A stretch of 34,094 nucleotides of DNA from a virus (taxonomy: Duplodnaviria; Caudoviricetes), in the IMG/VR virus record IMGVR_UViG_3300020045_000534, positions 1 through 34,094 of that record. The stretch is one strand, 5' to 3'. Under the pieces are notes generated by a model. The model was not told the origin of the DNA. It searched no databases and saw nothing but the letters and a program-made list of their open reading frames with translations. A program made the translations under genes and the position numbers. Of this stretch, positions 1 through 8,492 are shown one piece after another. Numbering within the stretch: the first letter of the stretch is position 1; the number at the start of each line of letters is the position of its first letter.

Positions 1-2
1 AG

Positions 3-2363
3 CTTATCGATCTGGGGTGTGCGGTTCTCCCCGCAGACCCCAAGACCAAGCGACCGTTGACACTTCACGGTCACCTCGACGCGACTAAGGATCGCGAGCT
101 TGCCGCCACATGGTTCTCGGTGGATTACCCTGGGGCCGAGGTCGCAGTGAATGCTGGCGAGTCCGAGTTGGTCATTCTGGACATCGATGTTCGGCAGGAC
201 ACTGGTGTCGATGGCAACCGAGCCCTCGGCTTCCTGAGTGTCCCGAAGACGCACGACTACCTGACGCGCAGTGGTGGCGGTAAGCACTACTGGTTCGATT
301 TCTCCAGCCCGGTACCGCCTGCGTCCAAGTACCGTGGGATGAAGGGTGTAGACCGTCGCAGTGGCAGCAGCTTTGCGATTGTTTGGGGAGACCCGCCTGA
401 GAGCCGCGAGGAGCTTTCCGCACCCCCCGAGTGGCTTCTAGATTTCCCTGAAGACAACCGAGGGTTCCACGCTGGCTTCGCTGGTGAGTTGAGCGATTGG
501 CTCGACCAGTACGCAGACGAGGACCCTACCGAGAAGATTCGCGACTTCATCACTACGCTTCCGGTTGGCGCAGACCTCGACCACCAAGTCATCATTAGCA
601 AGACCTACCAGCTGGTTCGTCTTGCCGCTGAGGGGCAGGTCGGAATCCCGTGGGCTTTTGACAATCTGTGGAACTCGTGGGTTACTGAAGGATGGGATAC
701 TCCGGAACTTCAGAAGGAGCTTCTGGACGCCGTTAATGGCGCCATTCGGAAGGCTGGTGCGGCTGAGTTCGATATCGCGAGCTTGCCACCCTACGTGGAC
801 GTGGCGGAGACCGCTTCGCCTCGCATGTTGGATCACCTGACGGGCTTTGCTGATAAGAAGTCGTATTTCAAGGCTATCGCTCAGGGTGTCAAGGATGAGC
901 TTTCTGATCTGGACATTGCCTCGCTGGTCTGGAATGCTCCGGCCACGAAGATGAATGCTCGTGACTGGGGAATTGAGTACCTGAACGAGCACATCCAGAA
1001 GGAGCGCTCTGAGGCTCAGTTTTCCACTGGTGCAGGTATTGAGCCTGCCGGAAAAGACGAGCGAGTTGAGTTCGTTGACATTTCAGTGTCATTGTTGGAA
1101 GACTATGAGCGGAAGCTTGTAGCAGAGGATAAGCATTTTGTCAAGCGTTACGTGGAGGAAGCGGCAACTCGTGTAGCCCAGCCCAACACGCCATATGACC
1201 GGATCAATGGGTGGATCGTGCTCTCGCTGGGCTTTGCGGACACCGGATTCATCCCGAGGCGCAATGGCCCCGAGCCGCTGAATTTCTACACGGCGACTCT
1301 GGGAGAGACCACTACGGGCAAGAGCTTCTCCCGAAAGACAAAGCTGGCCTTTGCGAAGGAACTTTTCCCCGCAGACCACACCTTCAACATCGGCGGGAAT
1401 GCAAGTCCTAGCGCACTGGCATCCAAGCTGGTGGAGCGGGATGGTCTTGTCTCGTACTTCAATAAGGATGAGGCCCACGGCGCTCTCAAGCAGTGGATCA
1501 CTCAGGACTACCAAGCGGGGCTTCTTGAGGACTTGGCTGAGCTTTACGACGGCACGGTCCCACCGTTCCTGAGGCAGGGAGACAAGCAGAACTCTGGCAA
1601 GTCAGCCAGTACGTTCTTCTTTGTTGACCTGATGGGCACGCCCAAGGCCATGACCGACATTCTGGACCGGGACTTGTTCGGCACTGGGTTCCTGGCGCGC
1701 TTCCAGTGGGTCGTGGGTAACCCTCGTAACGTGACCTATGAGTCTCAGGCTGAGGAGGATGCGGACTCTGAATACTTCGAGGAGGAGTATGATCCTTATG
1801 CTCGTCAGGTGGCTGCTGAGGTTACGCTGTGCAAGCGCAAGGTGCGTGCTGAGGCTGGTACTGACCGGGTGGCGGTTCGCATCACTCCGGAGGCCGCAAG
1901 AAGGTTGCAGGACGCCAAGTGGAAGATGATCAAGGCGTTCGAGTCTGATCCCAACTGGGATATTCTTGAGCCCTCGCTGGTTCGCATGGGTGTAACCATC
2001 CGTAAGTGTGCTTCTCTCATGGCTCTCTCTGAGGGTCGTACTGAAGCAACTGTGCGTGATGTCCTGATTGCGATTGAGGCAGCTGAGGAGTGGGTGGGCA
2101 ATCTGCATAAGGTTGCTTCCCAGATTTCAGCTTCTGAGTTCCAGCGCCAGAGCGACGAGGTTGAGGCTTTCATCAACTCCAAGTCTGGTGAGGTGAAGCG
2201 AGAGGTTCTCATGCGCCGCTTCGGGCATGTCGAGCCGAGATTCTTGACGCCAATGCTGGGGGCACTTGTGGAGCAGGGCAGAATGTGGGAGATTACTAAG
2301 GGGGCCAAGGTGAAAACACGTTGGTTCACGACAAAGAGTGAAGAGGAGCGCAATAATGAGTGA
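3..2363 (+). CDS. Bifunctional DNA primase/polymerase fused to an AAA+/helicase-like domain (5'-truncated)
   Basis: The frame is open from the window start (LIDLGCAVLPADPKTKRPLTLHGHLDAT), a typical prim-pol N-terminus. It has the LDID motif and TRSGGGKHYWF, then Walker A GETTTGKS and Walker B FNKDEAH. Confidence 0.85.
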   Translation, partial: LIDLGCAVLPADPKTKRPLTLHGHLDATKDRELAATWFSVDYPGAEVAVNAGESELVILDIDVRQDTGVDGNRALGFLSVPKTHDYLTRSGGGKHYWFDFSSPVPPASKYRGMKGVDRRSGSSFAIVWGDPPESREELSAPPEWLLDFPEDNRGFHAGFAGELSDWLDQYADEDPTEKIRDFITTLPVGADLDHQVIISKTYQLVRLAAEGQVGIPWAFDNLWNSWVTEGWDTPELQKELLDAVNGAIRKAGAAEFDIASLPPYVDVAETASPRMLDHLTGFADKKSYFKAIAQGVKDELSDLDIASLVWNAPATKMNARDWGIEYLNEHIQKERSEAQFSTGAGIEPAGKDERVEFVDISVSLLEDYERKLVAEDKHFVKRYVEEAATRVAQPNTPYDRINGWIVLSLGFADTGFIPRRNGPEPLNFYTATLGETTTGKSFSRKTKLAFAKELFPADHTFNIGGNASPSALASKLVERDGLVSYFNKDEAHGALKQWITQDYQAGLLEDLAELYDGTVPPFLRQGDKQNSGKSASTFFFVDLMGTPKAMTDILDRDLFGTGFLARFQWVVGNPRNVTYESQAEEDADSEYFEEEYDPYARQVAAEVTLCKRKVRAEAGTDRVAVRITPEAARRLQDAKWKMIKAFESDPNWDILEPSLVRMGVTIRKCASLMALSEGRTEATVRDVLIAIEAAEEWVGNLHKVASQISASEFQRQSDEVEAFINSKSGEVKREVLMRRFGHVEPRFLTPMLGALVEQGRMWEITKGAKVKTRWFTTKSEEERNNE

Positions 2364-2769
2364 ACGCAAGACTAGCGAGCAGATTGATTCCGCACTAATA
2401 GATGCCGGTGGATGGAGCGAAAGCGCCACCCGGGCTAAGGGTGAGTTGAAGAAAATCATAATGGATGCTTACCGGGAGGCCGATGAGTCCGTCTACCTCC
2501 GGGTTGCCTTGGGCGAGCAGACCGCCCGGCTTGTTCATCTAGAAGTTCAGCTAGCTGAAGCCGAGGGCAGGCTTTCCGCTATGAAAAGCTCACCATCCGA
2601 GGAGCGCCTGCTCTGGGGCGTTTCGCTGGGTGATCCTGTCAAGAATGGGAATGCCTTCAGGACATTTCCGAATCGGGCGGACGCCGTTCTGCACTTAAAC
2701 GCCATGGGGATTGAGGGTGAAAGCATTTGGTTTACTAGCCCAAACGGATGGACGGAGTTGAATCGATGA
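2356..2769 (+). CDS. Hypothetical protein with a coiled-coil segment (137 aa)
   Basis: ATG follows GAGGAG and overlaps the upstream stop. Confidence 0.7.
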   Translation: MSERKTSEQIDSALIDAGGWSESATRAKGELKKIIMDAYREADESVYLRVALGEQTARLVHLEVQLAEAEGRLSAMKSSPSEERLLWGVSLGDPVKNGNAFRTFPNRADAVLHLNAMGIEGESIWFTSPNGWTELNR

Positions 2770-2984
2770 GTGAACGACCCTACCGGTATATTTCGGAATG
2801 GACCCTGAATAAGATGTATAGGCAAGCGGTGCGCCGATCCCGCAAGGCAACAACTGGGGGTTACCATGCTATTGCCGCGAATGAGCTTGACATTGCCGAG
2901 ACTTACGCAGCGGAGCTTGACATCCGGGAGGCGAAAGAGCTCGACCCGTTCCGGTCGCTGAAGAAGCGTGGGGATAGCTGGTGA
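2766..2984 (+). CDS. Hypothetical protein (72 aa)
   Basis: ATGA overlap with the upstream gene, GGAG upstream. Confidence 0.7.
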   Translation: MSERPYRYISEWTLNKMYRQAVRRSRKATTGGYHAIAANELDIAETYAAELDIREAKELDPFRSLKKRGDSW

Positions 2985-3196
2985 GTGAAATCAAGTTCCA
3001 GATTGGCGATAATGTTGTGACCAGTACCCCCGATGAGGATTTTTACGATGGCTGGTTGGGTGTTGTAACCGAGTACCGCCCAAGGACGGCGATGTATATA
3101 GTTCTGGTAACTGATGGCTTCAGGGACGGATTTTTCTCGCCGGAAGAACTCACCTTAAGTAGACCGTTGGAAAAGAGTCCTGAGGAGGATATATGA
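2981..3196 (+). CDS. Small hypothetical protein, possibly SH3/KOW-like
   Basis: GTGA overlap; KFQIGDNV...GWLGVV pattern. Confidence 0.65.
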   Translation: MSEIKFQIGDNVVTSTPDEDFYDGWLGVVTEYRPRTAMYIVLVTDGFRDGFFSPEELTLSRPLEKSPEEDI

Positions 3197-3402
3197 GTAA
3201 GAATGCACGTTCGATTGCTGCACGAGGTCTGACCCGTAGCAATATCGGCAGTGAGATTCGATGGGTTGATGGTATGGGAACCCTGAGGATCGCAAAGGTT
3301 GAGGATGTTAGCTACAGTCCTCTGGAGAAGCGAACAGTCGTCAAGTACAGCGCCATCGCCATGCTGAACGATTCACAGCAGATTGAGGTTCGAGATGTCT
3401 AA
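3193..3402 (+). CDS. Hypothetical protein (69 aa)
   Basis: GAGGAGG SD and ATGA overlap. Confidence 0.7.
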   Translation: MSKNARSIAARGLTRSNIGSEIRWVDGMGTLRIAKVEDVSYSPLEKRTVVKYSAIAMLNDSQQIEVRDV

Positions 3403-3419
3403 CGAGAACTGGTTCGCTG

Positions 3420-3833
3420 ATGCAGGTTCTGATGGAAGCGACTAAACCGCTCTACATCCACCCGTGGCCCATCAGCGAATCGGATATGAACGCGATCCGC
3501 GAAGCGAAGGCTGCACTTGATCTGCCTTTCAAGGTGATACCCCGCCCTCTAGACGTAAAAGTCTGGGGGCGGGTTCTTGCTCTCCGGGAGGCTCCTAGTG
3601 CACTGACAGACTACGCCTTGGTGAGCGACCCAGATAGCCCTGAGAGGCTACAGGCGGCTCTCTCGTGGGTTTTGAGTACACGGGTGGACCCTCGTGCCAC
3701 CACGGTCTTGAAAACGCTTCAGAGCATCATGGGTGGAGACGTGCGAGAGGTTGATCGCAGACAGATGGCAGTCGAGAACTTCTCCAAGAACATGAAGTTC
3801 GATGACGGCAAGAAGATACCTATTTTCCAGTAA
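3420..3833 (+). CDS. Hypothetical protein (start 3420 or 3432)
   Basis: ORF fills the operon gap in the expected orientation. Confidence 0.65.
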   Translation: MQVLMEATKPLYIHPWPISESDMNAIREAKAALDLPFKVIPRPLDVKVWGRVLALREAPSALTDYALVSDPDSPERLQAALSWVLSTRVDPRATTVLKTLQSIMGGDVREVDRRQMAVENFSKNMKFDDGKKIPIFQ

Positions 3834-3841
3834 GGCGGGAC

Positions 3842-4276
3842 ATGACTTACGAGAGAAGCGAACTTAAGTACCCCAGCAAGCCTGAGGCTTACGAGAATTG
3901 GCACGAATACTTCAGGGACTATAAGCAGACGGTGGCTGGCGAGAAGCTGGTTGCCGAGAAGCCCAAGCAGTTCATCCTCGTCCCGGGGCATGAAGTCGAT
4001 CTGGATGCGGTGATCAAGCGCACCAAGACCGGTGGCATAAACACACAGTCAACTTTGGGTAAGATTGCCAAGGCCGCGCTAGACTCCGGGTGGACGCTTG
4101 TCGCTGGTGAGTCCGAGTACATGACCCCGAAAGAAGAGGCCAAGGTCTGGCGCTGGATTTCCGGTGGTTATCATGGCTACAGGTTCACGGTCAATGATCT
4201 GGGGTGCCAGCTGAACGGACAGCCCGTGGAGTGGAAAAAGTTGAAAGCAATTGTTGAGGAGAACGTACATGTTTGA
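3842..4276 (+). CDS. Hypothetical protein (144 aa)
   Basis: AAGGCGGG upstream; tight operon packing. Confidence 0.7.
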   Translation: MTYERSELKYPSKPEAYENWHEYFRDYKQTVAGEKLVAEKPKQFILVPGHEVDLDAVIKRTKTGGINTQSTLGKIAKAALDSGWTLVAGESEYMTPKEEAKVWRWISGGYHGYRFTVNDLGCQLNGQPVEWKKLKAIVEENVHV

Positions 4277-4562
4277 TAACTCGAACACTGTTTCATTTGA
4301 GGTGGTTACATTCCCCGATAAGGTCAAGTGGGAGCTGGGTAAGATCGAAACCATGCTCGTGGAGAAAAACAAGGCTTACGGCAACTCAGCGCTGGAGCCT
4401 ATCCGCATTTTCAGCAAAGAGGACGCAGATGCTGGTATTCGACAGCGCATTGACGATAAACTGTCAAGGCTTGCCCGTGGGACAGATTTTGCAGACGAGG
4501 ACACCATCTCTGACCTGATCGGGTATTTGGTGCTACTCAAGATTTCGATGGAGGATAAGTAA
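4269..4562 (+). CDS. DUF1599-like (nucleotide modification associated domain 1) protein
   Basis: KNKAYGNSALEP...IRQRIDDKLSRL...DLIGYLVL matches the recalled family pattern; GAGGAG SD. Confidence 0.65.
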   Translation: MFDNSNTVSFEVVTFPDKVKWELGKIETMLVEKNKAYGNSALEPIRIFSKEDADAGIRQRIDDKLSRLARGTDFADEDTISDLIGYLVLLKISMEDK

Positions 4563-4750
4563 TGGACCAGTCAATTGCACTAGCGGCACTGCTCAAGGCG
4601 AACGGTCTAACGAAGACTGAGGCACAGGATGTCTGGGCTTTACTCAAAACCCGTAAGCTCGGTAGCGGCTGGGAAGACGCATGGGATGCGGTTGAAACTC
4701 TCGCAGATGCAGTCAAGGCCAAGCGGGGTGCGGAAAATGAAGACTCCTAA
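4562..4750 (+). CDS. Hypothetical protein (62 aa)
   Basis: TAATG coupling, GGAGG SD. Confidence 0.65.
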   Translation: MDQSIALAALLKANGLTKTEAQDVWALLKTRKLGSGWEDAWDAVETLADAVKAKRGAENEDS

Positions 4751-4988
4751 GGCTTGGCGTGCTGGCGGGGCTGATCGTGAATTCATGTATCTGGGCATAG
4801 GCTGGTCCCTGATGGACTTGCGTCAAGATATCGAGTTCTTCTCCCAATTTGGGGATGGTCCAGATTGGAAAGTTGTAGTAGGTAGCCTTATTGCTATGCA
4901 ACAGTCGGTTGCAGAGTATGCAGATGCCCGGCTAGACGGTCGTAACCCGCTGGCTGCGGTAAATTTGCAAGAGAGTGAGGACTTTTAA
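4737..4988 (+). CDS. Hypothetical protein (83 aa)
   Basis: ATG overlaps the end of the upstream gene; TAATG coupling to the next gene. Confidence 0.6.
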   Translation: MKTPKAWRAGGADREFMYLGIGWSLMDLRQDIEFFSQFGDGPDWKVVVGSLIAMQQSVAEYADARLDGRNPLAAVNLQESEDF

Positions 4989-5455
4989 TGACCTTACTGC
5001 TCTCAATCGACCCGGGCAAGGCAATCGGAGTCTCCTACGGCTGGTACGGTGAAACCGCTCCCTACAGGCTTGATTACGCCTCAGTCCTCAGTTTCGATGA
5101 GATGTCACATCAAATCAAAAGGGACAAGTTCGTCTGGCCAGATGAGCTTGTTGTCGAACGGTTCATCCCCCAGAGCGGCGGGGCTTTCACTCTTGGCGAG
5201 GACGACGTGGCTGCGGTCGAGGTTATCGGCCTCATCAAGCACGCCAACACTGCCAGTCAGGTATTCTGGCAGACTCGGGCTGACAAAGGGCCAGCGGGGA
5301 TGATGGACGGAGTTCTCAAGGAACATGGACTTTGGAAGACTGGTTCTGATGCCAACTGGACCGACGGTAGGGACGTTAACGACTCGATCATCCACGCGCT
5401 GGTGAACCTGAGGAATAGGGGCCATCTGCCCACGATGCGAAAGTATCTCCGGTGA
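4988..5455 (+). CDS. RuvC-like Holliday junction resolvase
   Basis: LLLSIDPGKAIG N-terminus, LVVERF, and C-terminal DVNDS acidic pair. Confidence 0.8.
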   Translation: MTLLLSIDPGKAIGVSYGWYGETAPYRLDYASVLSFDEMSHQIKRDKFVWPDELVVERFIPQSGGAFTLGEDDVAAVEVIGLIKHANTASQVFWQTRADKGPAGMMDGVLKEHGLWKTGSDANWTDGRDVNDSIIHALVNLRNRGHLPTMRKYLR

Positions 5456-5676
5456 GCTGGCAGGAGTGCCCACGATGCGGAAAGCGTGGTTACACTTCGG
5501 TAAAGCAAGCAAGATTGGCTAGCGGAGCAAACGGTAAGCACATTCGCGTATACCGCTGCGGAAGCACCTTCCACGTAACAACAGAAGTGAAGGCTGCTAA
5601 AGTTGCGAACCGCCGTTCGTCAGCTAGTAGGAGTAGAATGGATACTCCGAAGAACCAAGATAAGGAACAGATTTGA
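5452..5676 (+). CDS. Small basic zinc-binding protein
   Basis: CPRCGKRGY...VYRCGSTFHVT (CxxC...C...H); GTGA overlap. Confidence 0.65.
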   Translation: MSWQECPRCGKRGYTSVKQARLASGANGKHIRVYRCGSTFHVTTEVKAAKVANRRSSASRSRMDTPKNQDKEQI

Positions 5677-5756
5677 ACGAGAATACAACCTCAGTTGACG
5701 GCTACTACATCCCGAGCGACCCGATGGATGAGCTTCAGTGCGACAGCTGCCAGTAG
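5673..5756 (+). CDS. 27-aa acidic microprotein ending in CxxC (MNENTTSVDGYYIPSDPMDELQCDSCQ)
   Basis: TTGA overlap with the upstream stop, AAGGA SD, fills the intergenic gap; not in the ORF track. Confidence 0.65.
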   Translation: MNENTTSVDGYYIPSDPMDELQCDSCQ

Positions 5757-5764
5757 GGTAAACT
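5756..5764 (+). promoter_or_regulatory. -10-like element (GGG TAAACT) upstream of the holin
   Basis: Same hexamer as the late promoters but without the TG extension; AGGAG SD follows. Confidence 0.5.
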
Positions 5765-5790
5765 GGTAGCACAACCTTAGGAGAAATAGC

Positions 5791-6048
5791 ATGATCTGGA
5801 CAAGTGCCTTCTGGAAGGGTGCCGCCGAGCGTGGCATCAAGACTATGGCTCAGACGCTTGCGGCTTACTTTGTGATTGGGGTGACTGGCGTTCTTGAGTT
5901 CGAGTGGCTGCCTGCGCTTTCGATCACTGCGGCTGCCGGGGTTGCATCGCTCCTCACCTCCATCGGCAACGCTGATTTTGTGGCTGGTAAGGCTATCGAG
6001 GTTACACCCGCTACGGCAGATAAGTCGGTAGACATCACCATCGAGTAA
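5791..6048 (+). CDS. Holin, r1t family
   Basis: FWKGAAERGIKTMAQT signature, hydrophobic segments, AGGAG SD. Confidence 0.85.
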   Translation: MIWTSAFWKGAAERGIKTMAQTLAAYFVIGVTGVLEFEWLPALSITAAAGVASLLTSIGNADFVAGKAIEVTPATADKSVDITIE

Positions 6049-6121
6049 CCAAGCCTTTTGACAAACTCCAAGTGACGAAAGTCCCAAGCTGGTTTGATTG
6101 AAAGGTCTGGTGACTTATCTA

Positions 6122-6166
6122 AAACAAAACCCCCAACGCAGATAACATGGCGTTGGGGGTTTTGTT
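6122..6166. terminator. Bidirectional intrinsic terminator between the convergent arms
   Basis: Inverted repeat ACAAAACCCCCAACGC / GCGTTGGGGGTTTTGT with A/T-rich flanks. Confidence 0.85.
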
Positions 6167-6191
6167 GTGTCCGGACTAGACGCAGATACGT

Positions 6192-7424
6192 TTAGTAGAT
6201 ACTGCCATCGATAAGGCATTTCCCGTTGATAATCCGGTAGACGTGAGGGATCGACTCTGAGGGTGTGAAGTAATTGAATCCAATACCTTGCTGCCAGTTC
6301 TCCACGATCCGGGCAGAGGAGCCATCAATGTGCTGGCCCGAGTGGACTCCGGGAACCGTGCCATCAATACGGCAAAGGACTCCGGGATTTGCCGAATACG
6401 AATCAACACGTTCACCGTAAGCGCCGATAGTGGTCCGGTAGACGATTTCCGCGCGATGTGTATGACCAGCCCAAGTAGAGATATGGGGAAGTTCGCTAGA
6501 ATACTGGGCCATTGTGGAGCCACTGCTGTTCGAGCGAGTTCCATGAATGTTCCGGACGGTGCCGTTGTCCCACTCCGTCGCGGCCGGGTAGGCGTCCACG
6601 TATTCGACACCAATCTCCTCAAGGCGAAGAAGATGGGGCAAGGACATGACCGGCCAAGAGCCGGGGAGAGAAGCCTGCTTCAGCCCGAAAGCTGCCAGCG
6701 CGTTAGTTTCGATGAAGGTCTGCATGCGCTTGTCATGGTTGCCTTCAATCACAACGATTTGTGCGTCTGGGCACGCAGCGCGAAGTTCGGACAGGAAACG
6801 GTAGGCGGTGTCAATTGATTTCTGGGTTGTAAGAGCGAAGCCAGCCTCCTGAGCCCACCGCCCCTGAGAAGGAAGATCGAGGAAGTCGCCAAGAATCTGA
6901 ATCTTTTCAGGCTGGTAGGCGAGGCAAACTTTTACAAAGATCGCCATGGCCTGTGTGTCGTGGAACTCTTCGTAAGTGCCATCTGCCAATGTCCTGAAGC
7001 CTATCTGGGTATCAGCGCACTTGATCGCCAGATTGTAACCAGAATCGCGGGCAGCTTCATGCCGGTCCCCCGAAAGTACGACCTCAACAGGCGCAGCCTT
7101 TTCGATCAAGGGCCAAGCGGGCTCGCTGCTATCCCAAGACACCTTGTACCACGAACCGGTCTCGGGGTCGCGGAAACTCGCAGCCTTGGCCAGCCCTGCC
7201 AGAGATTCAGGAAGCTCGAACGGTCCGGAAACATCCCCTGAGACGCTCTGTGCGCCGTTCTCCGGGGTTTTCACGGCGGCGGCGGGTGAATGCTTCAGGT
7301 GGCGTCTAATACTCGCCTCAGAAACCCCAATCTCGTCACCCCAAGCCATCTTTGACTTTGAGGTGTCAACGCTGCGGCCGGTAGCCTTTTCCCAGACACA
7401 GGTAGCACATTCGCTTTTAGCCAA
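6192..7424 (-). CDS. Calcineurin-like metallophosphoesterase with an N-terminal CxxC/HTH-like region
   Basis: Motifs ADTQ, GDFLD, GNHD, HG and GHTH; N-terminal CATC and GVSEASIRRHLKH. Confidence 0.8.
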   Translation of the reverse strand: MAKSECATCVWEKATGRSVDTSKSKMAWGDEIGVSEASIRRHLKHSPAAAVKTPENGAQSVSGDVSGPFELPESLAGLAKAASFRDPETGSWYKVSWDSSEPAWPLIEKAAPVEVVLSGDRHEAARDSGYNLAIKCADTQIGFRTLADGTYEEFHDTQAMAIFVKVCLAYQPEKIQILGDFLDLPSQGRWAQEAGFALTTQKSIDTAYRFLSELRAACPDAQIVVIEGNHDKRMQTFIETNALAAFGLKQASLPGSWPVMSLPHLLRLEEIGVEYVDAYPAATEWDNGTVRNIHGTRSNSSGSTMAQYSSELPHISTWAGHTHRAEIVYRTTIGAYGERVDSYSANPGVLCRIDGTVPGVHSGQHIDGSSARIVENWQQGIGFNYFTPSESIPHVYRIINGKCLIDGSIY

Positions 7425-7456
7425 GACTGGCCCTCTTTCCTCTAAAGGTTCAGATC

Positions 7457-7465
7457 AGCTTAGCA
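7457..7465 (-). promoter_or_regulatory. Extended -10 element TGCTAAGCT
   Basis: Intergenic, ~33 nt upstream of the TTG start. Confidence 0.6.
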
Positions 7466-7469
7466 TACG

Positions 7470-7946
7470 CTACTGCTGGATATCCTCATCATGCTCATGA
7501 GCCTTGGCCTCTTCAATAAGCTCATCGATCCGGGTCCGCCCGAGAGTGTCATACTCGATGTCAACGATGTCCAGAAGCTGACTGTCCTCGCGAGAAGGCG
7601 TAGGCATCTTACCCCTCCGGCCGTTCTCATCCCAGAAGTACAGACGCTGGATGTAGCGGCGAATGACATCCTTGGTCGTATCCAGAAGTCGAGTGACGGC
7701 CTGAAACTCCACCCGCATCTCGGTGATCTGCCGATTGGGCTCCTCAAGGGCCTTATTGACCGCAGCGTCAACCGTGTTCTGGATCATCTTCTGAAGCTCA
7801 ATACTGCCCTCGAACCGAAGCTGTAGCTCATTCTGCGAAGCAACCCTCTCGGTCGTCTTGTTAGACCGCTTTGCTGCTCTATAAACCAGTATGCCGACGA
7901 GTAGGCCACCTACGCCACCACCGCCGAGCAGTTCCCACCAATTCAC
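7470..7946 (-). CDS. Membrane-anchored coiled-coil protein (possible lysis accessory)
   Basis: N-terminal TM segment followed by a helical soluble region; GTGA overlap. Confidence 0.7.
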   Translation of the reverse strand: MNWWELLGGGGVGGLLVGILVYRAAKRSNKTTERVASQNELQLRFEGSIELQKMIQNTVDAAVNKALEEPNRQITEMRVEFQAVTRLLDTTKDVIRRYIQRLYFWDENGRRGKMPTPSREDSQLLDIVDIEYDTLGRTRIDELIEEAKAHEHDEDIQQ

Positions 7947-8449
7947 TTCTCGTTACTCCCAAGCGACCGTAAAAACTCCTCCTGATCGCGACGATCACGG
8001 CTTTCACCACCCAGAATACTGAGGCGGAACAGAGGAAGAATTATGGCCAGCAGAACAACGATGGAGATAGTGTCTCTTCCATTGCTTTCCGGGGTGATGA
8101 GGACTCTCAAGGATACGAAGTATAGCGAGAGAATCGATACGAGGATCGTCTTGGAGGCCGTCTCCAGAGCGTGAAGCCTAGGGAAGGAAACTCCGACGAG
8201 GCACAGAACTGCGATGAGGATGAGAAGGTAGCCAAGAATGTCAGCGACCAGCGAGGGTAGGAGTTCCTCGAATGCCGGTACGCCGCTGCGAATTGCGGAG
8301 AGCCCCATCCAGACTAGCCCGAGGTCGTAAATCGGGAGCCACAGGCGCTTCAGGGAGCGGAGCTTGCGGTCGCCTGCCGGGATTGCTCCGTCTGCCCAAA
8401 TAGAGCGCTCGAACAGCTTAGTGAAAGCTCGTGAGATAGACGAAAACAA
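7943..8449 (-). CDS. Four-TM membrane protein (possibly holin-like)
   Basis: Four hydrophobic segments; lies downstream of the tail genes. Confidence 0.7.
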   Translation of the reverse strand: MFSSISRAFTKLFERSIWADGAIPAGDRKLRSLKRLWLPIYDLGLVWMGLSAIRSGVPAFEELLPSLVADILGYLLILIAVLCLVGVSFPRLHALETASKTILVSILSLYFVSLRVLITPESNGRDTISIVVLLAIILPLFRLSILGGESRDRRDQEEFLRSLGSNEK

Positions 8450-8467
8450 CGAAGACCCTATCGATAG

Positions 8468-8491
8468 TTAGTGTACTATCTAGTCTACCAG
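8468..8491 (-). promoter_or_regulatory. Extended -10 (CTGGTAGACT) plus palindromic TAGT-N2-ACTA site
   Basis: 16 bp identical to 17998-18013; 12-bp motif also present at 17981-17992. Confidence 0.6.
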
Positions 8492-8492
8492 C

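Noticed and set aside
6060-6110. Twister- or hammerhead-like words (GUCCCAAGC, UGACGAAA)
   Set aside because: The required pairing partners and the CUGAUGA core are missing; kept only as a generic hairpin.
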